A stretch of DNA of 64,000 nucleotides, from assembly GCA_963699545.1 (NCBI GenBank), contig CAVOUE010000009.1, forward strand, positions 64,001 to 128,000, written 5' to 3'. This DNA comes from Nitrospirota bacterium (GTDB lineage Bacteria > Nitrospirota > Thermodesulfovibrionia > Thermodesulfovibrionales > UBA9159). A program made the position numbers and the translations under genes. Below, piece after piece: positions 10,058 through 20,133 of the stretch (positions are counted from its first letter, which is position 1; every line of letters starts with the position of its first letter). The notes below the pieces were generated by a model. It saw nothing but the letters and a program-made list of their open reading frames with translations. It searched no databases and had not been told where the DNA came from.

Positions 10058-11008
10058 CTACAAAATCGCATTGAAGATATACCCTACCGCTGTAATAGTT
10101 ACAGCCATGATCCCTGCAAAAACAGCCAGCAAAGGAATCTTTAAAACCTTCCTCAGGATTATCATCTCAGGAAGAGACAAGGCGGTCACAGCCATCATAA
10201 ACGCAAGGACAGTCCCCATGCTCAAGCCTTTCTCCATAAGGGCATAGACGATCGGAATAACTCCTGCGGCATTAGAATAGAGCGGGACGCCAAGTGCAAC
10301 AGCCATGGGCACAGCAAAAGGATTGCCATTGCCTGCATATCGGATAAGAAAGTCCTGCGGTACATAGCCGTGAATAAAACCTCCTATAGCGATAGCCAGG
10401 ACAACAAACAACCATACCCTCTTTAGGATGTCTGCCGTATTCAATTTCGCGTACTGAAGCCTTTCCTTGAATGGCTGAGTGAAGACTTCCTGTCCCTGAC
10501 CGGTTTTGATCTTGTATACGTACTCCTCAACCCATTTCTCAAGCTTCAGTTTCCCGATTATTAATCCTGCCAGGACCGCTATCAAAAGACCGGTGCCCAT
10601 ATAAATCGCCGCTATCTTCCAGCCAAATAGCCCCCAGAGGAGGACCACGGCTACTTCATTTACCATTGGTGAGGAGATTACGAAAGAGAATGTAACACCC
10701 AAGGGTATACCGGCCTCCACAAAGCCTATGAACAGCGGCACAGCCGAGCAGGAGCAGAATGGGGTGACAGTACCAAGCAGGGCAGCCAGAATGTTACCAA
10801 TAAATTCCCGTTTATGAGATAAAATACGTTTGGTCTTTTCTGGCGGGAAATAGCTCCTGATCACTGAAACAATAAAGATGATGACGGCAAGCAGCAGAAA
10901 TATCTTGATCGTGTCGTAGATAAAGAAATTAAGGGCGTCTGCGAGCCGGGAACCTTGGTCAAGTTTTACAACGCCATAGGTTATGTGAGATGCAACATCT
11001 TTCAGCAT
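10058..11008 (-). CDS. arsP: ArsP (DUF318) permease
   Basis: TPFCSCSAVP, SSPMVNE, GVPLYSN, ALSLPEM. Confidence 0.88.
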   Translation of the reverse strand: MLKDVASHITYGVVKLDQGSRLADALNFFIYDTIKIFLLLAVIIFIVSVIRSYFPPEKTKRILSHKREFIGNILAALLGTVTPFCSCSAVPLFIGFVEAGIPLGVTFSFVISSPMVNEVAVVLLWGLFGWKIAAIYMGTGLLIAVLAGLIIGKLKLEKWVEEYVYKIKTGQGQEVFTQPFKERLQYAKLNTADILKRVWLFVVLAIAIGGFIHGYVPQDFLIRYAGNGNPFAVPMAVALGVPLYSNAAGVIPIVYALMEKGLSMGTVLAFMMAVTALSLPEMIILRKVLKIPLLAVFAGIMAVTITAVGYIFNAIL

Positions 11009-11042
11009 TGAAAGCCTCCAACCTGGTAACCAATCTGCTTTT

Positions 11043-11071
11043 ATATAAACATATCTTTATGCCTTTGTCAA
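11043..11071 (-). promoter_or_regulatory. sigma70 promoter with overlapping ArsR/SmtB-like operator
   Basis: Minus strand TTGACA-17-TTATAT; palindrome ATAAA-N6-TTTAT at 11045..11060 upstream of arsP. Confidence 0.6.
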
Positions 11072-11287
11072 CTCAGGCCCACAACATTATGATCTTAAAG
11101 ATAATTTAATTTTCACGATAACAAAGTAATAGCTTCTTATTTATTGATGACAAGGAGACAATGGGGAACCCTGGCGGCGGTGAGCCGTGGGCGGGCGAGG
11201 AGGCCCCACAAGCAGACGAGACAGGTAATGCATACGCTTTTCGGGCGACCACCTTTAGCCAGTGGCAAACAAAAGAAACGTCACCTG

Positions 11288-11581
11288 CTACTCCTTCAGG
11301 CTGTCAGGCACCGAACTTCCCGTCTTGAACTGCTCGAAGGCCTCGTCCAGTTCGTTTTCGTTGCAGGAATACGCCAGGCCGGCGGAGAGCACATGGGGAA
11401 GGTTCATGATCGCCTTCATCTTCCGGACCTCTTCACCCGTGTCCCTGCCCTCCAGAGTGACGATTATCTTCCCTGAGTCATCATGGAAATGGACATCGCA
11501 CAGCCCTGAAGACTTCAGACTTTCCAGCACATTCTGGAGGTGTTCAGGCGCTGCCTTGACCACGATGCCTGATATATTCAT
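11288..11581 (-). CDS. napD: NapD chaperone
   Basis: MNISGIVV...GKIIVTLE...VLSA, last gene of nap operon. Confidence 0.92.
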   Translation of the reverse strand: MNISGIVVKAAPEHLQNVLESLKSSGLCDVHFHDDSGKIIVTLEGRDTGEEVRKMKAIMNLPHVLSAGLAYSCNENELDEAFEQFKTGSSVPDSLKE

Positions 11582-12126
11582 TCGGCTTTTACCCCCTCGT
11601 TCAGGGAATCTATCAGGTCAGAGCTTGTCTTGCTCTTCTTGTTTCTGAAGTCAGCCTTGAACTGGTTCTTTATAGGCTCGGGGATATTGACCTGCGGCAC
11701 ATGGCACTGCATGCAGCCGTACCGTTTGCCGTCGAGCTTGCCTCCAAGGTACTTTCCCGTATCCATATCAATAAAATGGGACTTCGGCAAAGCAGTTGCC
11801 CCAAGGCTCTTTGCAACGTCGGGCATATGACAGTTAAGACACATATTGTTCGTCTCTGCGATGGGGAGCATGCCGGTCAGATCATGGGGTATCAGAGGAG
11901 GGCTGTTTTCAAAGGCCCTCTCTATCCTCCTGCTCTTGCCGGGCTCCGTCTTGCTGTATTCTCCGTGTTCGGGCTTGACCTTTTCCTCTTCATAGATCGA
12001 CTCTTTCCTGATCCCGAGGTCCTCCTCACCCTGCGACTTCTTGTCGGCCATCGCAATGCCGGACCAGAAGAAAATAGTCATAGCCAAAAAGGCTGCGACC
12101 ACTTTTCTGTGTTCATTTCTTATCAT
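11578..12126 (-). CDS. napB: NapB diheme cytochrome c
   Basis: RAFENSPPLIPH, CLNCH, CMQCHVPQ. Confidence 0.95.
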   Translation of the reverse strand: MIRNEHRKVVAAFLAMTIFFWSGIAMADKKSQGEEDLGIRKESIYEEEKVKPEHGEYSKTEPGKSRRIERAFENSPPLIPHDLTGMLPIAETNNMCLNCHMPDVAKSLGATALPKSHFIDMDTGKYLGGKLDGKRYGCMQCHVPQVNIPEPIKNQFKADFRNKKSKTSSDLIDSLNEGVKAE

Positions 12127-12158
12127 ATGAGCCTCCTTTCCCCTTTGCTCTTCCCTTT

Positions 12159-12959
12159 TCATGAAATATACCGTATCCCGAATCTCATGGCATCATCATC
12201 ACAAACCTCGATGCACCGGGCACAGTTCGTACACTCCCCGGAAACCACCATCGAGCTCGTCTTTCCGACCATGGGCAGCACCTGTGCTTCAGGACAGACC
12301 TCTCTGCATCTCATGCATTGTGTACATTTATCCCTGTCATGCCTCACTCTTATCAGACTGAATCTGGTGATGAGGGAATAGAAACCTCCCAGGGGGCAGA
12401 GATGACCGCAGAAACCATGCCCGGCGATAAGGAGGTCGAAGAGGAATATGGCAAGCACAGCTGTCCAGCCGGCTCCCATTCCGAAGATCACTCCCCTGTG
12501 AAACATTGATATGGGGCTTATCCACTCAAAGGCAGCTACCCCTGTGACGACGGAAAGGACGAGGGTAATGCCGATACCCCAGTACCGGGCCTTTCTGCTC
12601 AACCCGCCTTCTCCCTCCACCCCCGTCTTCTCTCTCATACAGCCCGCCAGGTCGGTCACCATGTTCAGCGGACACACCCAACTGCAGAAGGCCCTCCCGG
12701 CCACAAGGCCGAAAAAGACGGTTACAATAAGTGCCCCCGTAAGCGCCTCTGCTGATACCAGACTCCCGGTGGCAAAGATCTGAATAATGGCAAAGGGGTC
12801 GGAGAAGGGTATTTCACCAAGGAATCTTGATGAACTGAGGTTCCCGCTCAGGACGTGCCAGCCGAGGATGTTTCCGCCCATGAAAAGCAACAGGAGGGAT
12901 ACCTGCGACATCCTCCGAAGGACCATGTACCGGTATTTCATCAGATCCATCACGATCAA
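12159..12959 (-). CDS. napH: NapH quinol dehydrogenase membrane subunit
   Basis: GRAFCSWVCP, CGHLCPLG, two CxxCxxCxxxC motifs. Confidence 0.95.
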   Translation of the reverse strand: MIVMDLMKYRYMVLRRMSQVSLLLLFMGGNILGWHVLSGNLSSSRFLGEIPFSDPFAIIQIFATGSLVSAEALTGALIVTVFFGLVAGRAFCSWVCPLNMVTDLAGCMREKTGVEGEGGLSRKARYWGIGITLVLSVVTGVAAFEWISPISMFHRGVIFGMGAGWTAVLAIFLFDLLIAGHGFCGHLCPLGGFYSLITRFSLIRVRHDRDKCTQCMRCREVCPEAQVLPMVGKTSSMVVSGECTNCARCIEVCDDDAMRFGIRYIS

Positions 12960-13768
12960 ATATCTCCCTTGTTGAGATAGTCAATGGGGTCCTTTTGCGA
13001 CCTCGGCGTCACGGTCTTTGTTTCCTCAGGAAGTTCTCCCATACGCTGCTCATCACTGGCGTCCCAGCCTTTTATATACCGCGCCGAGGATTCGCCCATG
13101 GCGATATGCCTCGGGAGGACAAAGATAGACGCTTTCTCCGTAACGCATGCCCGCTCGCACATTCCGCATCCGGTGCAGTGTTCACTGCGGACAACGGGTG
13201 CGAGGATGGCATGTTTTCCTGTCCTCTCATTCCTGAGGTGCTCCACTTTAATCGCTTTGTCCATCACCGGGCACGAGCGGTAACAGGCATCGCACTGAAT
13301 ACCCCAGTATGCTACGCAGGCCTCCCTGTCGATCACTGCAAGGCCTATCCTGGCCAGGTTGATATCGGGCTTTCTCCTTCCCTGCTCATCTTTCCCGCTC
13401 ACAAGGGCAAGGTCAAGGGCCCCGGTAGGGCACGCGGCAGCGCAAGGGATATCTTTGCACATACGGCATGGGTTTTCCCGCATCGCAAAATAAGGTGTCC
13501 CGACGGGCCTTTCATCACCAGGTTTGGCAAGGATCAATACCTTGTAGGGACATGCCTCAACACATATCCCGCATTTGGTACATTTCGCAAGGAACCTGTC
13601 CTCAGGGATCGCGCCCGGAGGCCGAAGGATAAAGGGGTAGGCTTTCTTTCCGTCAAGAAAGCCTCTCCAGACGAGCCCTCCCACAGCTGCTGCACCGATG
13701 CCCTTCACGGCCCCGATGAGAAACCGCCTCCTTTCAGGCATCTTCTCAGTCTCCTCATCCCTGGCCAT
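12956..13768 (-). CDS. napG: NapG ferredoxin-type protein
   Basis: RRRFL Tat-like N-terminus, LRPPGA, four Fe-S motifs. Confidence 0.95.
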   Translation of the reverse strand: MARDEETEKMPERRRFLIGAVKGIGAAAVGGLVWRGFLDGKKAYPFILRPPGAIPEDRFLAKCTKCGICVEACPYKVLILAKPGDERPVGTPYFAMRENPCRMCKDIPCAAACPTGALDLALVSGKDEQGRRKPDINLARIGLAVIDREACVAYWGIQCDACYRSCPVMDKAIKVEHLRNERTGKHAILAPVVRSEHCTGCGMCERACVTEKASIFVLPRHIAMGESSARYIKGWDASDEQRMGELPEETKTVTPRSQKDPIDYLNKGDI

Positions 13769-13783
13769 ACGCAGCCGACGCCC

Positions 13784-16555
13784 CTAAGCCTTGTAAACTT
13801 TTACTGCACATTTTTTGAAATCCGTCTCCTTCGAAAGCGGACAGGTGGCATCAAGGGTGACCTTGTTGATAAAAACGTTCTCATCGAACCAGGGGACGAA
13901 TATGAGCCCCTGGGGCGGAATGTTCCTTCCCCGTGTCTCGACCCTCGCCTTCACTTTCCCTCTCCTTGACTCAATCCACACAAGTTCGCCCTCCTTGAAA
14001 CCCGATTTCTTGGCGTCCTTCTGGTTCATAAAGCAGAGGGCTTCAGGCACGGCACGGTAGAGTTCAGGGACCCTCATGGTCATTGTTCCGCTGTGCCAGT
14101 GTTCAAGGACCCTTCCTGTACAGAGCCACAACGGATATTCGCCATCCGGAATCTCGGCGGGGTCGATATAATGCCTGAGGAATATCTTCGCCTTATTCGG
14201 AAGCTTTACCTTCTCGTCTCCTTTGGGGCCGAGGAGGTCGCCTTTTGGTATCTCCTTGAATGCAGCGCCGTAAAACGCGAATTTGCCGTGATCCGCCTTT
14301 TTCGCATACGGGTCGTATTCAGCATTGAACCTCCACAACGTCTCTTTGCCGTCCACGACCGGCCATCTCAGTCCCCTGACCTTATGGTAGGCGTCGAAGT
14401 CCGCCAAGTCGTGACCATGCCCGAACCCGAACTTCCTGTATTCCTCCCACAGGTATTTCTGGAGGAAAAAGCCATACCCCTTGAATCCCTCCACATTCCT
14501 CCTGTCCCCTGCCACCTCTGTGTTGAAGAACCCTGCTCCTATGGAATCAGGCCACTTGTATCCCTTTGCCTCCTTGTTGGCAAAGAGCACGTCAAACAGA
14601 GTGTCGGTCTCCTTATAGCCCATATCCTTTGCTTTGCCGAGGACATTGGGCAGGGTCGTCTTGTCATCGATCTTCTGTTCTTTCCAGACCTCCGAAAGCG
14701 GGAACCTCTTCGAAAACTCCATGAGCTGCCATGTGTCCGACATTGCCTTTCCCAGAGGAGTGACCTGCTGCCTCCAGTGCTGGGTCCTTCTCTCGGCATT
14801 GCCGTAAGCCCCCCACTTTTCGAAGATCATTGCGGCAGGGAGGATAAGGTCGGCCACCTTCGCAGAGATGCCGGGATACGCTTCCGACACCACAATGAAA
14901 TTATCCATCTCCCGCGCTGCAGTTATCCAGTGGTTGGCGTTGGCGGTATTTTGCCACGGGTTATTGACCTGCACCCAAACCCACTTGATCTTCCCGTCTT
15001 CCAGATCCCTCATGATCTTCACGTAATGGGAACCGACCACCGGATTCAGTGTAGCCTCCGGAAGTTTCCATATCTTTTCGGTGATCTCCCGGTGTTTGGG
15101 ATTTGCCACAACCATGTCTGCGGGAAGTCTGTGCGCAAAGGTCCCGACCTCCCTCGCGGTCCCACAGGCGCTGGGCTGCCCGGTCAGGCTGAACGCGCCA
15201 TTGCCGGGCTGTGCCTGTTTGCCCAGGAGGAGATGGATCGAGTAGATCTGCTCGTTCACCCATGTGCCCCGCACATGCTGGTTAAAGCCCATTGTCCAGA
15301 AGCTTACCACCTTCCTTCCCCTTTCGGCATAGAGGTCAGCAAGCTTCAAAAGTTTCTTCTTGAACTCATCCAGCGGTTCGTCGGCATCCCCCTTTGCCAG
15401 AGGGGCGACAAAATCGAGAGTGTAGGGCTCAAGCCCCTTCTTAAAATCCTCGAACGTGATGGCCCAGTGTGCATCAGGTGCACCGGCGTGCTTCATCTCC
15501 ATCTTGTCGCCGGCCTTGATACCCAAGGCGGTCATTGCTGTTGCTTCCTCTTTCGTAACGATCTTGTATGCCTCTTTGCTTGCGGTGTCCAGCTCGGTCT
15601 TCTTGTATTTTGCATGATCGGTCTTCGGCCTCAGGCCATAGCCGATGTCTACGTAGCCGGTAGCAAACACACAGTTGTTATCCACAAAATCCCGGTCTAC
15701 CGCATCGGGGCGGTTATAGACGATCTCCCGCAGGATATAGTTCTGAATAGCGAGGTCTGTATTCGGCTTGAAGATGATCTCTATATCAGCCAGATTGGAG
15801 CATCGGTTGGTGTAAGTCGACAGGTTGACCACCTTCACCTTCTGGGGATCAGCCAGCTTTCTGTCGGTTATCTTGGACCACAGGACCGGGTGCATCTCCG
15901 CCATGTTCGCTCCCCACAGGACAAGCGTGTCAGAGTGGTGCATGTCGTCATAATTGCCCGCAGGTTCGTCAATACCGAAGGTCTGCATAAAGGCCACGAC
16001 AGCGCTGGCCATGCAGTGCCTCGCATTGGGGTCCAGATTGTTGGACCTGAACCCGCCCTTCATGAGCTTTGCCGCTGCATACCCTTCCATGATGGTGTAC
16101 TGCCCCGAGCCGAAAACAGCGACACCGGTCGGTCCGAGCTGGTTGTAATACTTCCTGAACTGCTTTGCCATTTCATCGAACGCCTTCTGCCATGTAACAG
16201 GCTTGAACTTCCCTTTCTTGTCGAAATCCCCTTTCTCGTTCACCCTCAAGAGCGGCTCAGTGAGCCGGTCTGCGCCATAAATGATCTTGGCATTGAAGTA
16301 CCCCTTGATGCAGTTCAGTCCCATATTCACCGGCGCCACGGGGTCTCCCTTCACCGCCACGATCCTGTCGGCCTTTGTGGCGACCATAAGACCGCATCCT
16401 GTGCCGCAGAACCTGCACACGGATTTGTCCCATCGCCATCCCGCCTCAGCCTTCTTCGCTTCTGCCAGCAGTCCGTCCGGTACCGATATGCCAACCGCTG
16501 TTGCAGCAGCCACTGCTGCGCTCGCCTTCAGAAATTCTCTCCTTGACAGTGACAT
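13784..16555 (-). CDS. napA: periplasmic nitrate reductase catalytic subunit
   Basis: Tat signal [15 protein letters not shown]...[35 protein letters not shown]. Confidence 0.98.
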   Translation of the reverse strand: MSLSRREFLKASAAVAAATAVGISVPDGLLAEAKKAEAGWRWDKSVCRFCGTGCGLMVATKADRIVAVKGDPVAPVNMGLNCIKGYFNAKIIYGADRLTEPLLRVNEKGDFDKKGKFKPVTWQKAFDEMAKQFRKYYNQLGPTGVAVFGSGQYTIMEGYAAAKLMKGGFRSNNLDPNARHCMASAVVAFMQTFGIDEPAGNYDDMHHSDTLVLWGANMAEMHPVLWSKITDRKLADPQKVKVVNLSTYTNRCSNLADIEIIFKPNTDLAIQNYILREIVYNRPDAVDRDFVDNNCVFATGYVDIGYGLRPKTDHAKYKKTELDTASKEAYKIVTKEEATAMTALGIKAGDKMEMKHAGAPDAHWAITFEDFKKGLEPYTLDFVAPLAKGDADEPLDEFKKKLLKLADLYAERGRKVVSFWTMGFNQHVRGTWVNEQIYSIHLLLGKQAQPGNGAFSLTGQPSACGTAREVGTFAHRLPADMVVANPKHREITEKIWKLPEATLNPVVGSHYVKIMRDLEDGKIKWVWVQVNNPWQNTANANHWITAAREMDNFIVVSEAYPGISAKVADLILPAAMIFEKWGAYGNAERRTQHWRQQVTPLGKAMSDTWQLMEFSKRFPLSEVWKEQKIDDKTTLPNVLGKAKDMGYKETDTLFDVLFANKEAKGYKWPDSIGAGFFNTEVAGDRRNVEGFKGYGFFLQKYLWEEYRKFGFGHGHDLADFDAYHKVRGLRWPVVDGKETLWRFNAEYDPYAKKADHGKFAFYGAAFKEIPKGDLLGPKGDEKVKLPNKAKIFLRHYIDPAEIPDGEYPLWLCTGRVLEHWHSGTMTMRVPELYRAVPEALCFMNQKDAKKSGFKEGELVWIESRRGKVKARVETRGRNIPPQGLIFVPWFDENVFINKVTLDATCPLSKETDFKKCAVKVYKA

Positions 16556-16633
16556 GTTTACCCCCTTTGTGGTGCTAATGAATGAGTTTTCTCGATTCCC
16601 TTATGACAATTTCGAGCCCCTTCATAAAAAGAA

Positions 16634-16676
16634 ATTTTAACCCATAAGATCCGGCGGCACCATGACCTATATCATG
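16634..16676 (-). promoter_or_regulatory. class II Crp/Fnr-family activated promoter of napA (putative)
   Basis: CATGA-N6-TCATG at 16661..16676 centred about -41.5 from a minus-strand TAAAAT -10 at 16639..16634. Confidence 0.6.
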
Positions 16677-16890
16677 CCTGAGATATGAACATTCTTTATG
16701 AGCGACATTATCAGGTGAGCCCCATGGATGTGCCGGTTCCACGTTTTTCCTCTTTCTAAGAAAAGTCTATCCGTAGAACACGCTACTGTCAAGCTGCAGT
16801 TTTAGGCCTTCCCCGAGATGGTCTGGCACCCCAGCACAGTTTCCGTCTGGGTGTCTTGTGCACGAAACATTATCTGTTATACTTGCACGT

Positions 16891-18604
16891 ATGGAGCTTA
16901 CGGAAAATGCCCTTACGGTTCTCCGGGCGCGGTATCTTCTCAAGAATGAGCGCGGTGAGGTCATCGAAACCCCGGAGGGGCTGTTCAATCGTGTAGCATC
17001 TACCATTGCCGCGGCTGAAAAGCTGTACGGCGGCGATGTTCCTTTATGGGAAGCAGCATTTTACGAACTCATGGCAAACCTCAGGTTCCTCCCCAACTCA
17101 CCTGCCCTTATGAATGCGGGGAAAAGCATTGGCCAGCTGGCAGCCTGCTTTGTCCTCCCCGTGGAGGACTCGATGCAAAGCATTTTCGATACCCTGAAGA
17201 ATACCGCCCTCATATTGCAGAGCGGCGGAGGGACGGGCTTCTCCTTCTCAAAGTTGCGTCCCAGGACCGATATGGTGCGTTCCACCGGCGGAATAGCGAG
17301 CGGGCCTGTTTCCTTCATGAAGATATACAATACCGCCACAGAGGTGATCAAACAGGGAGGCGCGCGGCGGGGGGCAAATATGGGCATCCTGCGGGTTGAC
17401 CATCCCGACATCATGGAGTTCATCAGGATCAAGAGGAACGAAAGGGAAATGACGAATTTCAATATCTCGGTTGCCGTCACGGATGCCTTCATGGAAGCCC
17501 TCAAGAACGACAGGGAATATGATCTGATAAACCCCAGGAGCAAGGGGGTAGCCGGAAGGTTAAGGGCCAAGGTCGTCTTTGATGAGATCGTGGCGAGCGC
17601 ATGGGAAACAGGTGATCCCGGGTTGGTCTTTATCGACAGGATAAACAAGTTTAATCCGACACCGAACATAGGCGAGATGGAGAGCACCAATCCGTGCGGG
17701 GAACAGCCGTTACTCCCTTACGAGGCCTGTATCCTTGGTTCCATCAATCTCTCAAAGTATGTCCTGGGGGACAGAGGGCTCCCCAAAGATAGATTATGCC
17801 TCCCTTGCGGTGGATATTAAGACAGCAGTGAGGTTCCTTGACAACTCCATTGACGTAAATAAATACCCCCTTCCCGCTATAGAGGCCATGCATAGGGGCA
17901 ACAGGAAGATAGGCCTCGGCATTATGGGCTGGGCAGACATGCTGATACTTCTCGGTATCCCCTATAATGCCGGAAAGGCCTTCCGCCTTGCCAGGGAGCT
18001 TATGAAATTCATCAGGGAAAACGCACGGGAAGCGTCTGTTGAACTGGGAGGGAAAAGAGGTCTTTTCCCGAACTTCAGAGGCTCGATCTATGACGCTACC
18101 GGCATGCCCCGCGTGAGAAATGCCACCACCACGACCATTGCACCCACAGGAACCCTTTCGATCATTGCAGACTGCTCAAGCGGCATAGAGCCTCTCTTTG
18201 CACTGGCATACAAGAGGCTGATCCTTGATTCGGAACTCTATGAAGTCAACACGTATTTCTTCAGGGTTGCAAAGGAGCAGACTTTTTACTCCCCGGAGCT
18301 GGAAAAAGAGGTCATCAATAAAGGGTCCTTAAGGGGAATACGGAAGGTACCTTCTGAAGTAAGGCGGCTCTTCAAGACCGCCCACGATATCCCCCCCCAA
18401 GACCACCTGGAGATGCAGGCGGCATTTCAGGAATATACCGACAATGCCGTCTCTAAGACCATAAACATGCCCCGCCGCTCAAAAAAAGATGACGTTGCAA
18501 ACACGTACCTTCTTGCCTATGAGAAAGGGTTGAAGGGGATCACTATCTTCAGGTACGGCACCGCAAAAAAAGGGACGCTGGTCAGGGTGAGCGACTCTGA
18601 CTGA
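16891..18604 (+). CDS. nrdJ: adenosylcobalamin-dependent (class II) ribonucleotide reductase, frameshift in G run 17766..17770
   Basis: PNSPAL, AACFV, GGARRGANMG, TNPCGEQ, IAPTGT, SKTIN, KGITIFR. Confidence 0.93.
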
Positions 18605-18626
18605 GTTCGGCGGTACGTCTTGCTTT

Positions 18627-18664
18627 TGTTTCAGCCCCTCCCCTGACGGGAAGGGGCTGAAACA
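18627..18664. terminator. hairpin terminator between convergent genes
   Basis: TGTTTCAGCCCCT...AGGGGCTGAAACA 13-bp stem. Confidence 0.75.
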
Positions 18665-18683
18665 GCTTACTCCTGATGCAGTG

Positions 18684-19109
18684 TTACTTACAGTCCCCGA
18701 TGCGGCGTCCGGTCATCTGATGGGTCATTTCCATTTTGCCCGTGTCCTTGGTATCCATCACCATTTTCATCACCCCGTCGAACCCGTTGCCCTTGTACGT
18801 GATTGTACCGGTGCCGTCCATGGTCCCTTCCTTCATGCGGCACTGCACCACCCAGGTAACGGTATTGCCGTCCACCTTGGTACTTATCAATTTGCAGTCC
18901 TCATTCTTTTCTTTCTTCTGAGGTACCAGGTCTTTTTTTGTGAGACACTGATTAAATTTCATGGGAGGCATTTCCATCGGCATTCCCGGCATCTCGGTCT
19001 TCATGGTCATTTCCCACATGCCGTCCTCCATATTCGGCTCTCCAAAGGCAAGCCCTCCGGCGGCGAGTGAGAGCATAATGCATACTGCGAGAGCGACTCT
19101 AAAACGCAT
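18684..19109 (-). CDS. DUF3617-like exported protein
   Basis: Signal peptide, GMWEMTMK, QCLTK, ending GRRIGDCK. Confidence 0.8.
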   Translation of the reverse strand: MRFRVALAVCIMLSLAAGGLAFGEPNMEDGMWEMTMKTEMPGMPMEMPPMKFNQCLTKKDLVPQKKEKNEDCKLISTKVDGNTVTWVVQCRMKEGTMDGTGTITYKGNGFDGVMKMVMDTKDTGKMEMTHQMTGRRIGDCK

Positions 19110-19232
19110 AGCAACTCCTCCTTTTGTTTTGATTGTTTCTCTCGTGCGCCGAACAACACATGCGCTGCTGCACGTCTCGGGTATGACAAGAATCAAAAGG
19201 GATACGGACTTCCGCAGCCCTCTTGATTCTTA

Positions 19233-19309
19233 TGGTCGGGGCGACCTGATTTGAACAGGCGACCACTCGCACCCCAAGCGAGTGCGCTACCAGGCTGCGC
19301 TACGCCCCG
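19233..19309 (-). tRNA. tRNA-Pro(GGG)
   Basis: CGGGGCGTAGCGCAGCCTGGTAGCGCACTCGCTTGGGGTGCGAGTGGTCGCCTGTTCAAATCAGGTCGCCCCGACCA; cloverleaf with encoded CCA. Confidence 0.97.
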
Positions 19310-19310
19310 A

Positions 19311-19665
19311 TTAACGGAGTTGGCTCAGTATCTCCCTGAGCCTCTTCTTGACCTTCTCGACAACTTCCTTTGCAGGGGCTGGGAACAGCAGGGGTTTGCG
19401 GCTGTGCGGCTGCTTCCGGTTCGCCGAATTTCTTTCTTACGCCTTCTATGGTATATCTCTCTTCATACAGCAGTTTCTTTATCTGAAGGACCAGTTCCAG
19501 GTCCTTTTTTATATACACCCTTTGTCCCGACTTGTTCTTCCTCGGCTTCAGAAAGGAGAACTCCGTCTCCCAGTACCTCAGCACATAAGGCTCGACCTCG
19601 GCGATCTTGCTCACTTCTCCGATCTTGTAAAAAAGCTTGTCGGGAAAAGGTCTTTTCGCCGTCAT
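19311..19665 (-). CDS. MerR-family regulator, C-terminal frameshift near 19380
   Basis: YKIGEVS...[10 protein letters not shown]; corrected tail [15 protein letters not shown]; ihfA-merR-tRNA-Pro synteny. Confidence 0.9.
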
Positions 19666-19684
19666 GATATTTTCAGCCGATGAC

Positions 19685-19969
19685 CTATGCATCTGTCTTT
19701 TCTATCAGCTCCTTAAAATGGTTGCTCGCCCTGAAAGTGATCACTCTCCTCGGCGTTATCTGAAGTTCGTCACCTGTCTTCGGGTTTCTTCCCCGCCTGG
19801 CATTCTTCTTTTTTACGTTGAATGTCCCGAAGCCGGATACTTTCACCGATTCACCTTCCACAAGCGTCACTCTGATCGTATCAAAGATCATCTCGATGAT
19901 ATTCTGGGACTCTATTTTTGAGAGCCCCACTTTTCCGAATATGATGTCTACCAGGTCAGCCTTTGTCAT
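19685..19969 (-). CDS. ihfA: integration host factor subunit alpha
   Basis: MTKADLV...VKVSGFGTF...RRGRNPKTG...RRVITFRAS. Confidence 0.92.
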   Translation of the reverse strand: MTKADLVDIIFGKVGLSKIESQNIIEMIFDTIRVTLVEGESVKVSGFGTFNVKKKNARRGRNPKTGDELQITPRRVITFRASNHFKELIEKTDA

Positions 19970-20050
19970 ATCCACCTCTTATGGAATCTTTTCGCACGAA
20001 AGAGCCGCCACGGCCCACTACTGCCGGCCCCCTCATCGCTCTGTTTTTCC

Positions 20051-20126
20051 ATTATAGTAGCGACACCCTCAATTGTCAAGAGAAATCAATCACTTATTGA
20101 CAGTAGTTAATTTTTTCTGTTATCTT
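20051..20126. promoter_or_regulatory. divergent sigma70 promoters flanking an IHF site
   Basis: Minus TTGACA-17-TATAAT (20079..20051); AATCAA-TCAC-TTA at 20084..20096; plus TTGACA 20097..20102 with TGTTATCTT. Confidence 0.7.
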
Positions 20127-20133
20127 TATCATA

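Noticed and set aside
2384-11008. Possible selenocysteine in Trx, FmdE or ars proteins
   Set aside because: All redox motifs use Cys codons; no in-frame TGA found at those sites.
14093-16546. 817-aa plus-strand ORF and other long antisense ORFs
   Set aside because: Shadows of napA, nadA, cusA and others with no recognisable motifs.
16700-16890. Cobalamin or Moco riboswitch, or NrdR box, between napA and nrdJ
   Set aside because: Only one modest hairpin; conserved cores not recognisable by eye.
17760-17820. Naturally split nrdJ, intein or programmed frameshift
   Set aside because: One extra G in a G5 run restores a continuous protein, like other indels in the window.
19200-19309. tRNA-Pro as an island integration site
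   Set aside because: No integrase and no duplicated tRNA 3' end noticed.
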